Shown here one piece after another: positions 12,274-24,120 of a stretch of 64,000 bases of DNA. Source of the stretch: Marsupella aquatica (taxonomy: Eukaryota; Plantae; Marchantiophyta); the NCBI GenBank assembly GCA_973895155.1, contig OZ316892.1:22731168-22795167 (forward strand), given 5' to 3'. The position numbers were made by a program, and so were the translations under genes. The notes beneath the pieces were generated by a model, which saw only the letters and a program-made list of their open reading frames with translations, searched no databases and had not been told where the DNA came from. Position 1 is the stretch's first letter; each line of letters begins with the position of its first letter.

Positions 12274-12376
12274 GCAAGGGGAAACGGCCCTGAGTACAAG
12301 TCGTTTCCCATCAACACTGACCCATTTCTATTCAAGAGTCACAAGACAAGAGCAAAACCTAAGAGTCATCAGTATG

Positions 12377-14933
12377 TCAATCAACTCTATAGTATGCATG
12401 CTCATGCCAATTGTCAATTGTGAAACCCGGTGGGAACAAAGCCTCCTGGCCAATGAGCACATCATACGTAGTGGCATTTGTAACCAAGCATCTGACTGGG
12501 AAATGAAGCTCCTGATTTGTACCTCCATTAAAAGTGAGAGTGAATAAAATAAAACTCTCACCCAGCACGTCCTCCACAGTGCCACTAGTAGTCTGAATGT
12601 GCCACCTGGATTGCTGTAAATTACCAGTCAGAAGTCCCATCTTCTTGGCAAACTGAATGCCCAAGATCACTGGTTGAGCATCTATGTCTAGCATGACCAC
12701 CTGAGGAGTGTGACCCTCCAACTTGACCACTGAATTCCTGTTGTTAACAATGGCAATGGTGGTGGAAAGTGAAGTCCTGTCACTAGGCACCACTTTCGGC
12801 AAATGATGAGGTACCTTGTGAAGGGAGTCAGTGTCCACGGTCTTCCTACTCAGCAGCATAGCCAGGAAAGATGGAGCAACATGACCAACATCAAGTGTAG
12901 CTCTGGTCACACAATCAGCAACAATTGGTACCGGGACAGCCAAAACCAGTGGAAGCATGTAATGGAGAAGAAGGTCCAGTATGTACATGAGATTGGACCT
13001 CCAAAACTGGTGTCACAGGGATTGATAAAGAATGCAGTGAACCCTCTAGCGCTCTGATGATAGCTCTGGCATCCAACTGTAAATCGTGGTAACTAAAAAG
13101 TGAAATTGTAAGAATCTGTTGTGCCATATCGGAGGTGAAATGCTCAAGCAGCTTAGGAGAAACAACTCCCTGTGAAATGTTAGTAGCACCTGGTGGTGGA
13201 ATGGATGTAGCTGCAGCTCCCTCCCCCCTTGCTAACAAGGTGCGCTCTTCAACAAATGTGAGTGGCTGAAAAGATTGGGGCATTATAGCCCGAGCTCTCC
13301 TAGCTCTAGTCATAGGACCGGCAACAAGACCATCAACCTGTACAATACGGCGTGTGGGAGCAGTACGGGAGACAGCACTGGCCTACTGGTAAGCAAAATA
13401 GAATGGGCAGAATAAATCTGAAAATTCTGCTGTAAGGCCAGGCTGTGTAACAAAGGACAGCATGCGCTCACCCATATGAGTATCAAAGGGCAAGCCATAG
13501 AAAGAGCGGGGCAGACCCGGGGGGCAGAGGTGCTGAATTGTCAGTGGTGCTTGGACCAGGGATGGGTTACACATGACCGGCAGGTTGAGAAGGACCAATA
13601 GAGGCAGGTGACTTGCCTTTGATGTTGGCAAGTTGGACACGTAAAGATTCAACCTCATGAGTCAAAGACTGTAGTTGAGTAGCTTGTGCGTTGTGAGCCT
13701 CCTTCTGAGCTAGTTGCTTTTGTTGTTGCTTCCAGGGTGGCCTGTTGGCGCCGGGTGTTTGGCACTAGAAGGAGGAGCAACTGATGCAATAGGAGCCCTC
13801 CTAGCTGGTGGGGGAGTGGAAGCAAGAGCATAATGAGGGGCCTGTTGTCTTAGCTACTTCCTCTTTGGGAATTTGGCAAAATACACTGCCTCCAAGTGAC
13901 CCACTTTCCCACAAAAATCACAAGACAAGTCCTCAGCAACAATGTCACATTCATTAGCCTTGTGATTAGGGTTACCACAATAGTTGCAAGATGGCAACAT
14001 GAAAGCAACTTTATGTGTTGGCTTGGGCTTGGAACCATACTGTGGCACATGGAAAGGAGTGGCTAGTGTAGGGGCAGCAGCCTGATACCTGGATTGTGGC
14101 GGACGTGCAATGATGGCCTCATAATGTGCATGAGCCAACTCCAGTTTCTCAAGAGTGTCATATATATTGAGCAATGTGTAGCTGTCTCCAAACTTTGAGA
14201 ATACTTACTATAACACTTGCGAATGGAGAGCTGGTGTGCCCTCCAATGCATGAAGATAGCAATGAGTAGCCTCCAGGTTAGTGATGCTCTGGGTGTCCTT
14301 CTTCAGGTTGAGAAGCCGATGATACATCATCTTCAATGTTTCATTGCACTCCCGATCTCGCTGCCTCATAAAGGTGGCCAACTGCATGATTTTGTCAACA
14401 CTCTTGATTGGGAATTTCAATTCAAGAACCTAAAAAAACTCAGCCACTGGATCAGCAAAGGCAAGGAAATCAATGGTGGGAGAAATGCCCGATGTAGCCT
14501 GTGCCAATACAGTGGGAGTAACTGGCGTAGTGGTAGGAACTGGAGTAGGAGGGGTAGTGGCAAGAGCAACAGCATGGGCTGAAATGGCATTTTGTAATGC
14601 CAGTTGTGAGGCAACCACAATTGCACTAGCATAGGCATGATTAGGCAATTGTGTGACAACAAGCAGCCATTGAGAGTGCTGCTCATACACATCCAAAGCC
14701 TCATGGTGCACATACTTGGCTAGTTGCTTAAATGCAAAAGCATTTGTGAAATTGCTGCCGTACTTCAACTCCAATTCGTAAATGATAGTGTAGAAAGTAG
14801 ATTTGAACTCACGCAAAGAAACAGTGCCTGGCCGCCCGTTGAAGCGCTCAATGCGGCTAGATGAGTGACTGACACCCATGTTGTATGTCGGTGAAGCAAG
14901 GACAACCAGTGATGAAGATGGAGTAAAGGGCAA
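12377..14933 (-). pseudogene. Retrotransposon gag (two zinc knuckles) and aspartic protease, frameshifted
   Basis: Gag-like IERFNGRPGTVSLREFK and LATFMRQRDRE..LKMMY.RL. Zinc knuckles CNYCGNPNHKANEC and CDFCGKVGHLEAV. Protease-like VMLDIDAQPVILG (decayed D-T-G) followed by YDVLIG. Confidence 0.8.
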
Positions 14934-15633
14934 AGAAGCAATAGCAGGCTTTGGGGTAGTGGTGAAGCGACCACCAAATGTAGCAGAAGGATTGTGTGGT
15001 GTGGGTATTGTTGCTCTTTGCTAACGTTGTCAAAATTGCCAAAACTCCAATGAAATTGGCACCAACGGTTGTGGATGAGCTGCTACAATTCGGCTCCTCT
15101 ACTAACATGCTGCATGCTCACCCGGGGTGCCTAAATCAAAAATGCCCCCCTTCCTAGTGGTACAAGGTGACGATGGGAAAGAAACTGGCAAGAAAAAGGA
15201 ATGACAACCCCAAGGCTAAGAAATGAAACCCACAAAGGAAACAAACAGGGTGAGACAAAAATGTGTAGACCGGCCCTGCCAAAAATGCTCAAAAAAATGA
15301 AGCAAAAGAAACCAAGAGGAAACAGCGAAAAGGGGTCCCCAATGTGTATGCACAAGCAAGAGGTGTCTACACAAACCGGTCTTGCATCCCTATATAGCAA
15401 CTGGCCCTGGGAAAGAAATATAGAGAGGGAGGGCGAAAGTGATCGGACGCCCAATGTGTACACACGGGGCAGGCACGCCGAGAGCAAGCCCAATTGAAGC
15501 AGAAAAAAAGGTCAATCTTGTATATATGTGTACACACAGGGGTAGTAGTGGCACGATGCCCTATGCACCGACAACTTGCGATGACGGTAACAAAGAGGCG
15601 GAAAGGAGGCAAAGGAGAAAAAAAGGGGACCCC

Positions 15634-15980
15634 TTTTAATGATGACTCAAGCCCTCCTTATGAGCTCCCAAATGGAATTCCCTCCGCCTTCTTAATGATC
15701 CGTGGGGCCTCATGCCCTCTTGGCAAAAGTACTCCCCAGAGAAGGGAGTTGTATGTACTCCCCCCTCCTTTTAATGCAGCATAGGGCCTCGGGCCCTCCC
15801 CTTGTGCTCCTGCCTCGGCTCCCCCTCCCCACTACTTTAATGGTGTTGAATGGGCTTTGTGCCCTGCATGAGGACTCCCAAAGGGAGTCTACGTTAACTC
15901 CCCCCATTAATGCACTGTGGGCCTCGTGCCCTGGCAAGAGGACTCCCAAGAAGGGAGTTGAATGTACTCCCCATTCATCC
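15634..15980 (+). repeat. Array of five degenerate 56-79 bp units each starting TTAATG
   Basis: TTAATG at 15636, 15692, 15771, 15837 and 15907. Most are followed by GGGCC/TC..GCCCT, and three contain an ACTCCC-n-GGGAGT stem. A homologous unit lies on the minus strand at about 12080-12160. Confidence 0.7.
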
Positions 15981-16009
15981 AGCATCAGGAGTTCCAGCTC
16001 TACTCCATG

Positions 16010-19000
16010 TACGGTACTGCTACATGGCATCTAGACCAGGTGCACTTACCTCTATTCAACACTCACCGCTCCAGTCCAAGTGTTGGGGGGGAGGAGGTTC
16101 CTTTGAATGTGGCTGACATTATTTTTGAGTTTCATGGTGTGGACCATTCCAGATCAGCAGGTACAATAGGCCTTGGAGAGGTCTCATCACCTTATCAACA
16201 ACATACTAGCAGCTTGGACAGTGAAGAGGCCAACACTTCTGGTTATTCAAGCACGAGTACATCAGGTCCTATTCCTAGTGTACGTTGCCAACTACACATT
16301 CATCATGGGCAACCATTTGAGTAAAAGACAGATTGAAGGACCAGCTGCTGAATTTGCTCCTCAAGCATGAGAACGTGTTTGCTTTCTCTACGAAGGACTT
16401 GGGTAAGTGCAAGACTATGCAGTTCTCCATTGAGTTGATTGATGAAACACCTATCTTTAGGCGGAGACATCATTTGAGTAAGCATGAGTGGCAGTTGGTG
16501 GATGAGAGATGCCAATAGCTCTATGCAGCTGGTCTTATTCAGCCAACTACATCAGATTTTGCAGTAGCTACAGTGATGCCAACAAAGAAGGATTCCAGTG
16601 AATTGTGGACAGAGAAGCGCATGTGTGGGGACTATAGGCCACTGAACCTGGTCACACCTCAGGATAGGTACCCCATGCCACGGCCAGAGGAGCTATTTGA
16701 CAGCATTGGAGACTCAGACATCTTCACTCTTGTGGCTTTAACCAAATTTTGCTGCTTGCAAAGGACAGCAAGAAAACAACTTTACATGGTAGTAACCAAC
16801 TATGGGAGTGGTTGGTGATGTCATTTGGCTTGAAGAATGCGCCCATATTCTTTCAAAGAGTCATGGAGTCCCAAGTTCTTCAAGGTGTTGAGTTTCTAGA
16901 ATGCTACATTGATGATGTGTTGGTCCACAACAAAGGATTTGACCAGCCTCTACTTGACCTTGAGGAACTATTCATGAGGCTTAAGAAGGTGAACCTAAAG
17001 ATACACCCCAAGAAGCCTGAATTTGCTGTCAGATCAGTAGTATATCTTGGGCATCGGAATCTTCCAAATGGAACCATGGCTCACTGAGCCAAGGTGGTAT
17101 CCATCTTGGAAATGCCCACTCCTACTGATGTTCAAACTCTTAGGAGCTTTATTGGGTTGTGCAATCACTACCGGATCTACATCAAAGATTTCAGTACCAT
17201 TGCACATCCATTGTACTCTTTGTTGAAAAAGAATGTGACTTGGACATGGAGTACAAATGTTGAGGCAACATTTGCCACTTTGAAGGAGAAGCTCTCAAAA
17301 TACCCAGTGCTGAGAAGACCTGATTTCATCAAGGTCTTTGTGCTACACACGGATTGGAGTGCCCTTGGGATTGGTGCCATTATGGGCCAACATGATGAGG
17401 AAGATAAGGAGTACGTCATTGCCTATGCATCCAGGAGCAATAATCAAGCAGATAGTCATTATTCTTCTTATGAGGGTGAATGTATTGCTGTTGTGTGGGC
17501 TGTCATACATTACAGGCCCTACCTCTATGGGACCAAGTTTACTCTCTACACCGACCACCAGCCCTTGAAGTGGTTGATGACCAATGACAAGCTTACTGGC
17601 CAGCAAACTTGCTTGTTGGGCGCTCATACTCTAGGAGTATGACTTTGAGGTAATTCATAGGCCTGGTGTGACACATCAGAATGCTAACACTATGTCCCAT
17701 AGCCCTTTGATTACCTCTGATGTGTACTCAGATGCACGACAGGATTTTGACCAAGTTTCTATTCTGCCTACATTTCATGCATCTACCTATCTTGCTTTGC
17801 TGCCATGCTACGTTGTTGACCAACCTATGGTGGACATATGGGAGGACAACGACACCCTGATATTTTTGTAGCATGGGAGTACCCCGTACATGTTACTGCA
17901 GCCCAAAGAGATTGAATTCAGCAAAGGTCCAAGTGTTACTTGTGGAAGGGAGATCATCTCATGCGCCGTTTGCCAGACAGGGAAGTGGTGGTTTCACCCA
18001 TTCATGAGAGGGTTGGCCTTATCCATAAGGTACATTATGAACTTGGTCATTTTGGCGTTAAGATGACTTATAGCCTCTTGGTCCCCCATTATCATTGGAG
18101 AGGTATGGCCAGGTTTGAGATGTTATTGCCCGATGTGAGCAGTGTGATAGGATGAGGACTTCTTTCACATCTCGGTAACCCACACTTCATCCACTCCCTA
18201 TTCAGGGTATGTTTTATTGTTGGTCATGTGATTTGGCTGGAGAATTGCCCCTCACATCTCGGGGTAACCTCTACATCATGATCATGATAGAACATTTCTT
18301 TAAGTGGATAGAACTTGTGGCATTGCCGGATAAGACCTCTCGTAGTACCAGCCAGACATTCCTTCAACAAGTTCTTAGCCGCTTTGGAGCTTGTGCAGAA
18401 TGTCTCACTGACCAGGGATCAAAGTTCAGAGGAGAGTTCCAGGAGCTGCTTGATCAGGCCCTCATTGATCATCGCCAGACGTCACGAGATCATCCACAAG
18501 CAGATGGCTTGGTAGAGCGCATGGTTCAAACATGCAAGAAGGGTCTCCGAAAGATTTTCCTCACCAAAAAGGAGGATTGGGACTTGGCCTTACCCTACAT
18601 TGCCATGGGGTATAGGATGTCTAGACATGCATCACTGTCTAACTTTTCTCCCTACTTTTTGTTGTTTGGTCGTCACCCAATTCCACCTTCTACTATTGCT
18701 GCTCACATGCTTCAGGTGGTGGACTTGGATTCAGTCGTGACTTGGTCTGATGTGATCTCTGAGAGAGCTGCCCTATTCAGGAGGGTTATGTCCATGGCCA
18801 TGGAGAATTTGGCCATTGCACAACACAGAGACACACTGCGTTATGCACACACACGAGAGGGCACTTTTCAGCCCAAGGTCAGGAAATTTGAAGTGGGAAA
18901 TTTTGTGTACTTGCAGCGGCAAGCTAACAACACCCTGGACACCTCTACCAGTCGTACTATTCTTAGGGTTAAGGCTATTCAACCTTCTGGAGTGCTAGAG

Positions 19001-19273
19001 TTACAAGGAGCAGATGGGCCCACAATTGCTAACAATACCATAAATTGCGCCCCTTGTCATCTGCCTAACCTAGATCCCACCATTGTGACTTCTACTTGGA
19101 TTCCACCTGTGGACTACCTGTGCAAAGTGTGTTTGTGAATTGACGATGTTGACCAGATGCTGCTGTGTGACAATTGCAATGGAGGGTACCATCTTTCCTG
19201 CCTTCGGCCTGAACTTACCCGGGTGCCAGAAGGGTTATGGTTTTGCCCTTCGTGTGCTCCACGTGCTACCTGA
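16010..19273 (+). pseudogene. Ty3/gypsy pol: reverse transcriptase, RNase H, integrase and C-terminal PHD finger, with stops and frameshifts
   Basis: RT: RMCGDYRPLN, DRYPMP, MSFGLKNAP, YIDDVLV. RNase H: LHTDWS, YEGECIAVVWAV, LYTDHQPLKWL. Integrase: GHFG, LTDQG, HPQADGLVER. PHD after one in-frame TGA: CKVC*-IDDVDQMLLCDNCNGGYHLSCL..VPEGLWFCPSC. Confidence 0.92.
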
Positions 19274-19312
19274 ATTTTCTTCAGCCCTCATTTTGGCTGT
19301 GGTCTGGGGGGG

Positions 19313-19992
19313 ATACAGAGGTTTACACCTCCACTACGTACATACCACCTCATTTGCTTTTTCTTGGCACTTGTAAATGTGATGGGACTTTTTCTATGCA
19401 TGTTGGTTGCTAGTAGCTTGCACATGTGCATTGCCGGTGCCTTGTATGTTTTCGATACACTATGCCTACGATACTATATGTCATGACAGCTGTCATGCCA
19501 AGGGACAATGCCTCTTATGCACATCGATATGTCCCTCGCATGCCCGTTAGGTATGTAGTTAGGGCTAGTGTACTACTTAAGTTAGCGACATGTTCTTGTA
19601 GCAAGTCTGGGCTGTTCTTGAAGCAAACACACTTGTTAGTGTGATGCTTGGACTTGACTTACTTAGGGCATGTCTTTCTTTGCCGTTTTTCAGTTCTTCT
19701 TGAATTGCTGTTGACAGAGCTCAGATAGTGCTCGTTGGTCCCGTACACTGGATTCACACAGTGATTTGTTAAATGCTCCCGACCGATCTTGGCATCTCGC
19801 CGGTTTTCGATTCGATATACAAAGGTTTACACCTCCACTACGTACATACCACCTCATTTGCTTTTTCTTGGCACTTGTAAATGTGATGAAACTTTTTCTA
19901 TGCATGTTGGTTGCTAGCAGCTGGCACATGTGCATTGCCGGTGCCTTGTATGTTTTTGATACACTATGCCTACGATACTATATGTCACGACA
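19313..19992 (+). repeat. 3' LTR-like region with an internal 176-bp direct repeat
   Basis: 19313-19488 is repeated at 19817-19992 with few mismatches. The segment 19491-19992 has TGTCATG...CACGACA inverted ends. It is preceded by the polypurine tract GGGGGGGA. Confidence 0.75.
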
Positions 19993-20531
19993 AGAGAGAT
20001 CTGGCGGAATATTTATAGCATCCCTTCACATAAGGTGCCATTTGCCACCCTGGGAAAAAAACACTTAAAAATTATGCTGCCCTTTTATTTGGAGTACCCT
20101 AATCCCATCAATAGGGGGACTCAAATATAGCCACCTTATCAACCTGGTCTAGGTTCGGCAGGGAACGGCTGAAAAGTGTGCAACACAGCCAGTGCCTAGC
20201 CTGCACACTCAAGTCACAGAATTTCTTCTTTTCCCGAAGGCCAGTACCCCCCACCACAGCTTGGCTGTTGAGAGACTGAAAAAATATCAACTCAAAAAAT
20301 CTTCATATCATCAACAGGTCACATTGCTGGCAGAGGCCCTATCCTGCGGAAGAGCAAAATGGATGAATATTGGAGACCCCCTAATATTGAATCCCTCCCA
20401 TCCGTCACTTGTCTATGAAACGTTTTTACTCACCAAGACCCCTAAACCGTAACCCTGAAAACTCAGCTGGGCTGCCAAGTTGAAAAACGACTCAGCGAGC
20501 TTATTTTTAGTTGAAAAACCAAGCGAAAATT

Positions 20532-20829
20532 TTTCCATGTCGGTGTGGCCGCCCAGAGAAAAAAAACCCACCTTCAAATTGATGAGGCAGCCGAGCTCCA
20601 CTGATATAGTGATATGGGCGACTGATCCAATTTCCATCTCGGTGTGGCCGCCCAGAGAAAAAAAACCCACCTTCAAATTGATGAGGCAGCCGAGCTCCAC
20701 TGATATAGTGATATGGGCGACTGATCCAATTTCCATCTCGGTGTGGCCGCCCAGAGAAAAAAAACCCACCTTCAAATTGATGAGGCAGCCGAGCTCCACT
20801 GATATAGTGATATGGGCGACTGATCCAAA
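20532..20829. repeat. Near-perfect 99-bp tandem triplication
   Basis: CGGTGTGGCCGCCCAGAG... starts at 20541, 20640 and 20739. The ORF track shows the corresponding 33-aa repeats. Confidence 0.95.
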
Positions 20830-21074
20830 TGGACCATCGCAGACTTCGTAGAAATGCGACCAACATATATATGGAGCATGATTATCCGTGACCCAGCATC
20901 ACAGATTTGCACATCCAGAAACCCAGAGCTGTGCAAAAATCCAGCTGCAGGATCCCACATCGCCATCCTTATTTTTCACAGAGGTACAGAGTCACGCATA
21001 ATTCTGCTCACATTGGAGGTAATTCAATGGCTGTCGTGTACTACCGTTGTCAAATGCAGAAGCTCCGTCTGTTC

Positions 21075-24000
21075 AGGAACTCGCTGGGATGACGCCTCTG
21101 CCTATTCTCGGAATGGCTCTTCGTTTGAATGGACCGTGAGTGCTCCCTCACGCTCCATACGAAAGTGATGGAGTTTCCGAAGGACACGCAATTGAGGCCG
21201 CGGAGTGGTAGACACAGAGGACTGACCCTCGGAGCGACAAGGAGGAGACGAGGAGATGAGGAGGAGTCTCCTTGACGAAATAAAGCAAGGAAAGGCGACG
21301 AGGAGAGCCCACATGTTCAGCTGCTGTTCTGCGTTCCTGGTGACTGCCGACTGAAGAGATTAGCGGAGAAGAGTCCTGGGTCGGGGTTGTAGTAAGGAGA
21401 TTAGTTGTTAGCGTTGGGATTCTGAAGGTTCTTTCGATTCTAGGTGAGGAATTGCTGCATAGTGCCTTGCTGTATAGAAGCCTGATCGCGGACAGTCACC
21501 CTGTGCAAAGGAGAGCGACGGTGTGCGGGACGAAGGGCAAGAGAAGAAGCTTTTGGGGGTTGTGTGTCTCTCGATTCTCTGGCGTCACCTCGACCGGTTG
21601 GTAAGGTTCTTCTTCAAGTTGTCTTTTCCTGTGAATGATAGAATGGGGAGTGCTGAAGGTGATTATTGTCTCATTCCTGTCCTTAACCGCATCTCATCTT
21701 TGACAATTTTTCTGCGGCTTGAGCTCTCCTAGGGTATCGTGTTTACGATGCTCCATCATTTCAGGGACTCGCTGGGATGAAGCCTCGGCCTATTCTCGGA
21801 GTGGCCCTTCGTTTGAGTGGACCGTGAGTGCAAATGCGAGTGAATTTTTTTCGGATGATTTGGGAGCGCCCTCTTGTCATCCAGGATTACAAGCTAATAA
21901 CAACTAAGCTGAATTTTGAAGGACACGCCATTGTCATCCTGGTTTTGCGATGGCTATTCTCAGTTGTACGATGGCTATTCGCAATTGGACGATGGCCAAG
22001 CTGTCAATTGCACACCTATCAGTGTCTTGGTCACTAAAACGCTCACTCGCTTCTCGAGCATTCAATCCTTTCCCTCCGTTCTGTCTGTCTTCTCAACCCG
22101 GTCGGTCATTCTGTGTGAGCAGCTTAGCTTGCCTTTCCTTCCTTCCCTTCCACATTGTTCTCGGCCTTAGTACACAACACAGAGGACTGACTCGGAGCGA
22201 AGAGGAGGCGAGGAGGAGGAGGCCCCTCGACGAAGTAAAGCAAGGAAGGAAAGGCCGAGATGCGATAAGGAGAAGAAGCAAGCCGGTTGTTAGAGAGAAC
22301 GGAGTCTTCCAACGTGGTGCTGCTCTACTGCGTTGCTGGTGACTGAAGAGATTATTGGAGAAGAAGACGAGGCCAAAGGTTACGGAGAAGGTTGCTTGCA
22401 TCCTGGGTCGGGGTTGTAGTAAGGAGATTACTTGTTAGCGTTGGGATTCTGAAGGCTCTTTCGATTCTAAGTGAGGAATTGCTATATAGTGCCTTGCTGG
22501 ACAGAAGCCTGATTGTGGACAATCACCCTGTGCAAAGGAGAACGACGGTGTGAGGCACGAACTTGAGAAAAAGCTTTTGGAGATTGGACGTTGTGTGTCT
22601 CTCAATTCTTTGGGTCACCTGGACCGGTCCCTAGACAATTTTTCTGCTGTGGCTCTCTTAGGGTATCTTGTTCCACCCCCTAGTCTTAGATACGAAGTGG
22701 GTTGTGTTTCGTGGATTGCATCACAGGAGTGCAAGCTTCCGTTTGATCGTACTGAAATTGGCCAGTTGCCCAACGCTTGCTTTCCCTCTTCCGCCAGTCG
22801 TCGGTTGATTCACGTGAGTCTTCATCTTTGATTTTCCCACTGGTTGTCATCTTGCAAGGGCGGGTTAGTTCCCAAGCTGTCAGCCATACCTATGGGTTTC
22901 AGGTGGTTTCGGTCCGGTCATTGCATTCCTCGCTTTCCAGTTCCCGTAGCGAACCAAGTTATGTCTCTTACTGGGCTGTGAAACGTCTTTTCTCTACAGT
23001 TTGCGTTGCGGTCTCTACTGTCACACCCTTCCTCACTTCCAGAGTTAGGATCATCTGTTTCATGGCCAGAGCAGGAATCAGGATCAACCATTCCCATGGC
23101 CAGAGCAGGGTTCCTGTTTCCATGGCTCGGGCAGAGGTTCTCAAGAGTAAAGATTGGTCAGTGTCTCCCTTCGACTAATTTCCAGACATGTTTCTTTATG
23201 GCTTGTTCATTGCAGTGAAGCAGAGCACTAGGATGGCAAAGAGAAAGGCGGATTCGCATTCTGTCAAGCCCTTGAAGGATTCCGAGGAAAGCGATTCCCT
23301 TGGAAGTTTGCCATTGCCCTCTGCTTTTGAAATGTGAGTTTCTTTTCCATGTTTTCTCTGCTTTTTGTTTGGAATATTTTTGCTGCCCCAGATCACAAGT
23401 GGATGTTAATTTTCTCATGTTCTGTTTTGTCACCACACTTTGCAGTCCGGCAACACAGGTCCAAGATGTGCCCAGTTCATCTGAATTGGTTGATCTACGT
23501 GAGTCTTCATCTTTGATTTTCCCACTAATCTCTTTCTTGCAAAGGTGGGTTAGCTCTCAAGCTGTCAGCCATACCCATGTTTTTCAGGAGGCTTTGGTCC
23601 TGTCATTGCATTCCTCGCATTTTGGTTCTCATAGCGAACTAGGCTTACCTCTTTTCCCTGGGCTGTCACATGTCGTTTCTTGATAGTTCCCGTTAATTCT
23701 CTACTGTCACACCCTTCCTCACTTTTGGAGTTAGAATCATCTATTTTCATGGCCAGACTAAGGAGTTAGCCAGAGCATAGTTTATGTTTCCATGACCCGG
23801 GCAGAGGTTTGTTGGAGTGGAAATTGGTCAGTGTTTCCTTTCGACTAATTTCAAAACATGTTTGGTTATGGCTTGTTCATTACAGTGAAGCAGACCGCCA
23901 GCATGACAAAGAGAAAGGCGCATGGAAGTTTGCCACTGCCCTCTGATCTTGACCTGTGAGTTTCTTTTCCAGGTTCTTTTCCCTTGGAAGCTTGTTATTG

Positions 24001-24120
24001 CATTCTTTTTCTTGAAATGTGAGCTTCTTGTCCATGTTTTCTTTGTGCTTTGTTTTGAAACTTTTTGCTTCTTCAATTTCACAAATGGATGTTAATTTTT
24101 CCATGTTTTGTGTTGACAGC
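21075..24120. repeat. Degenerate segmental duplications (about 21075-21600 vs 21760-22625; about 22800-23420 vs 23490-24120)
   Basis: Shared blocks such as actcgctgggatga..ctattctcgg, tcctgggtcggggttgtagtaaggagatta, cgtgagtcttcatctttgattttcccact and attggtcagtgt..cttcgactaatttc each occur twice. Confidence 0.8.

Larger units (their letters stand above)
11615..19992. mobile_element. Decayed, internally rearranged Ty3/gypsy LTR retrotransposon (gag-PR on minus strand, RT-RH-INT-PHD on plus strand; only a 3' LTR-like end visible)
   Basis: See component features. Domain order RT-RNaseH-integrase is gypsy-type. A G-rich PPT at 19306-19313 precedes an LTR-like region. The left boundary is approximate. 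Confidence 0.85.

Noticed and set aside
15634-15980. CRISPR interpretation of the TTAATG array
   Set aside because: The conserved parts are too short and degenerate, the context is a eukaryotic TE, and no cas genes are present. Kept only as an unexplained repeat.
20413-20866. ORFs with 33-aa repeats; possible CRISPR-like array
   Set aside because: The units are identical end to end with no variable spacers and no cas genes; the open frames follow from the 99-bp period.
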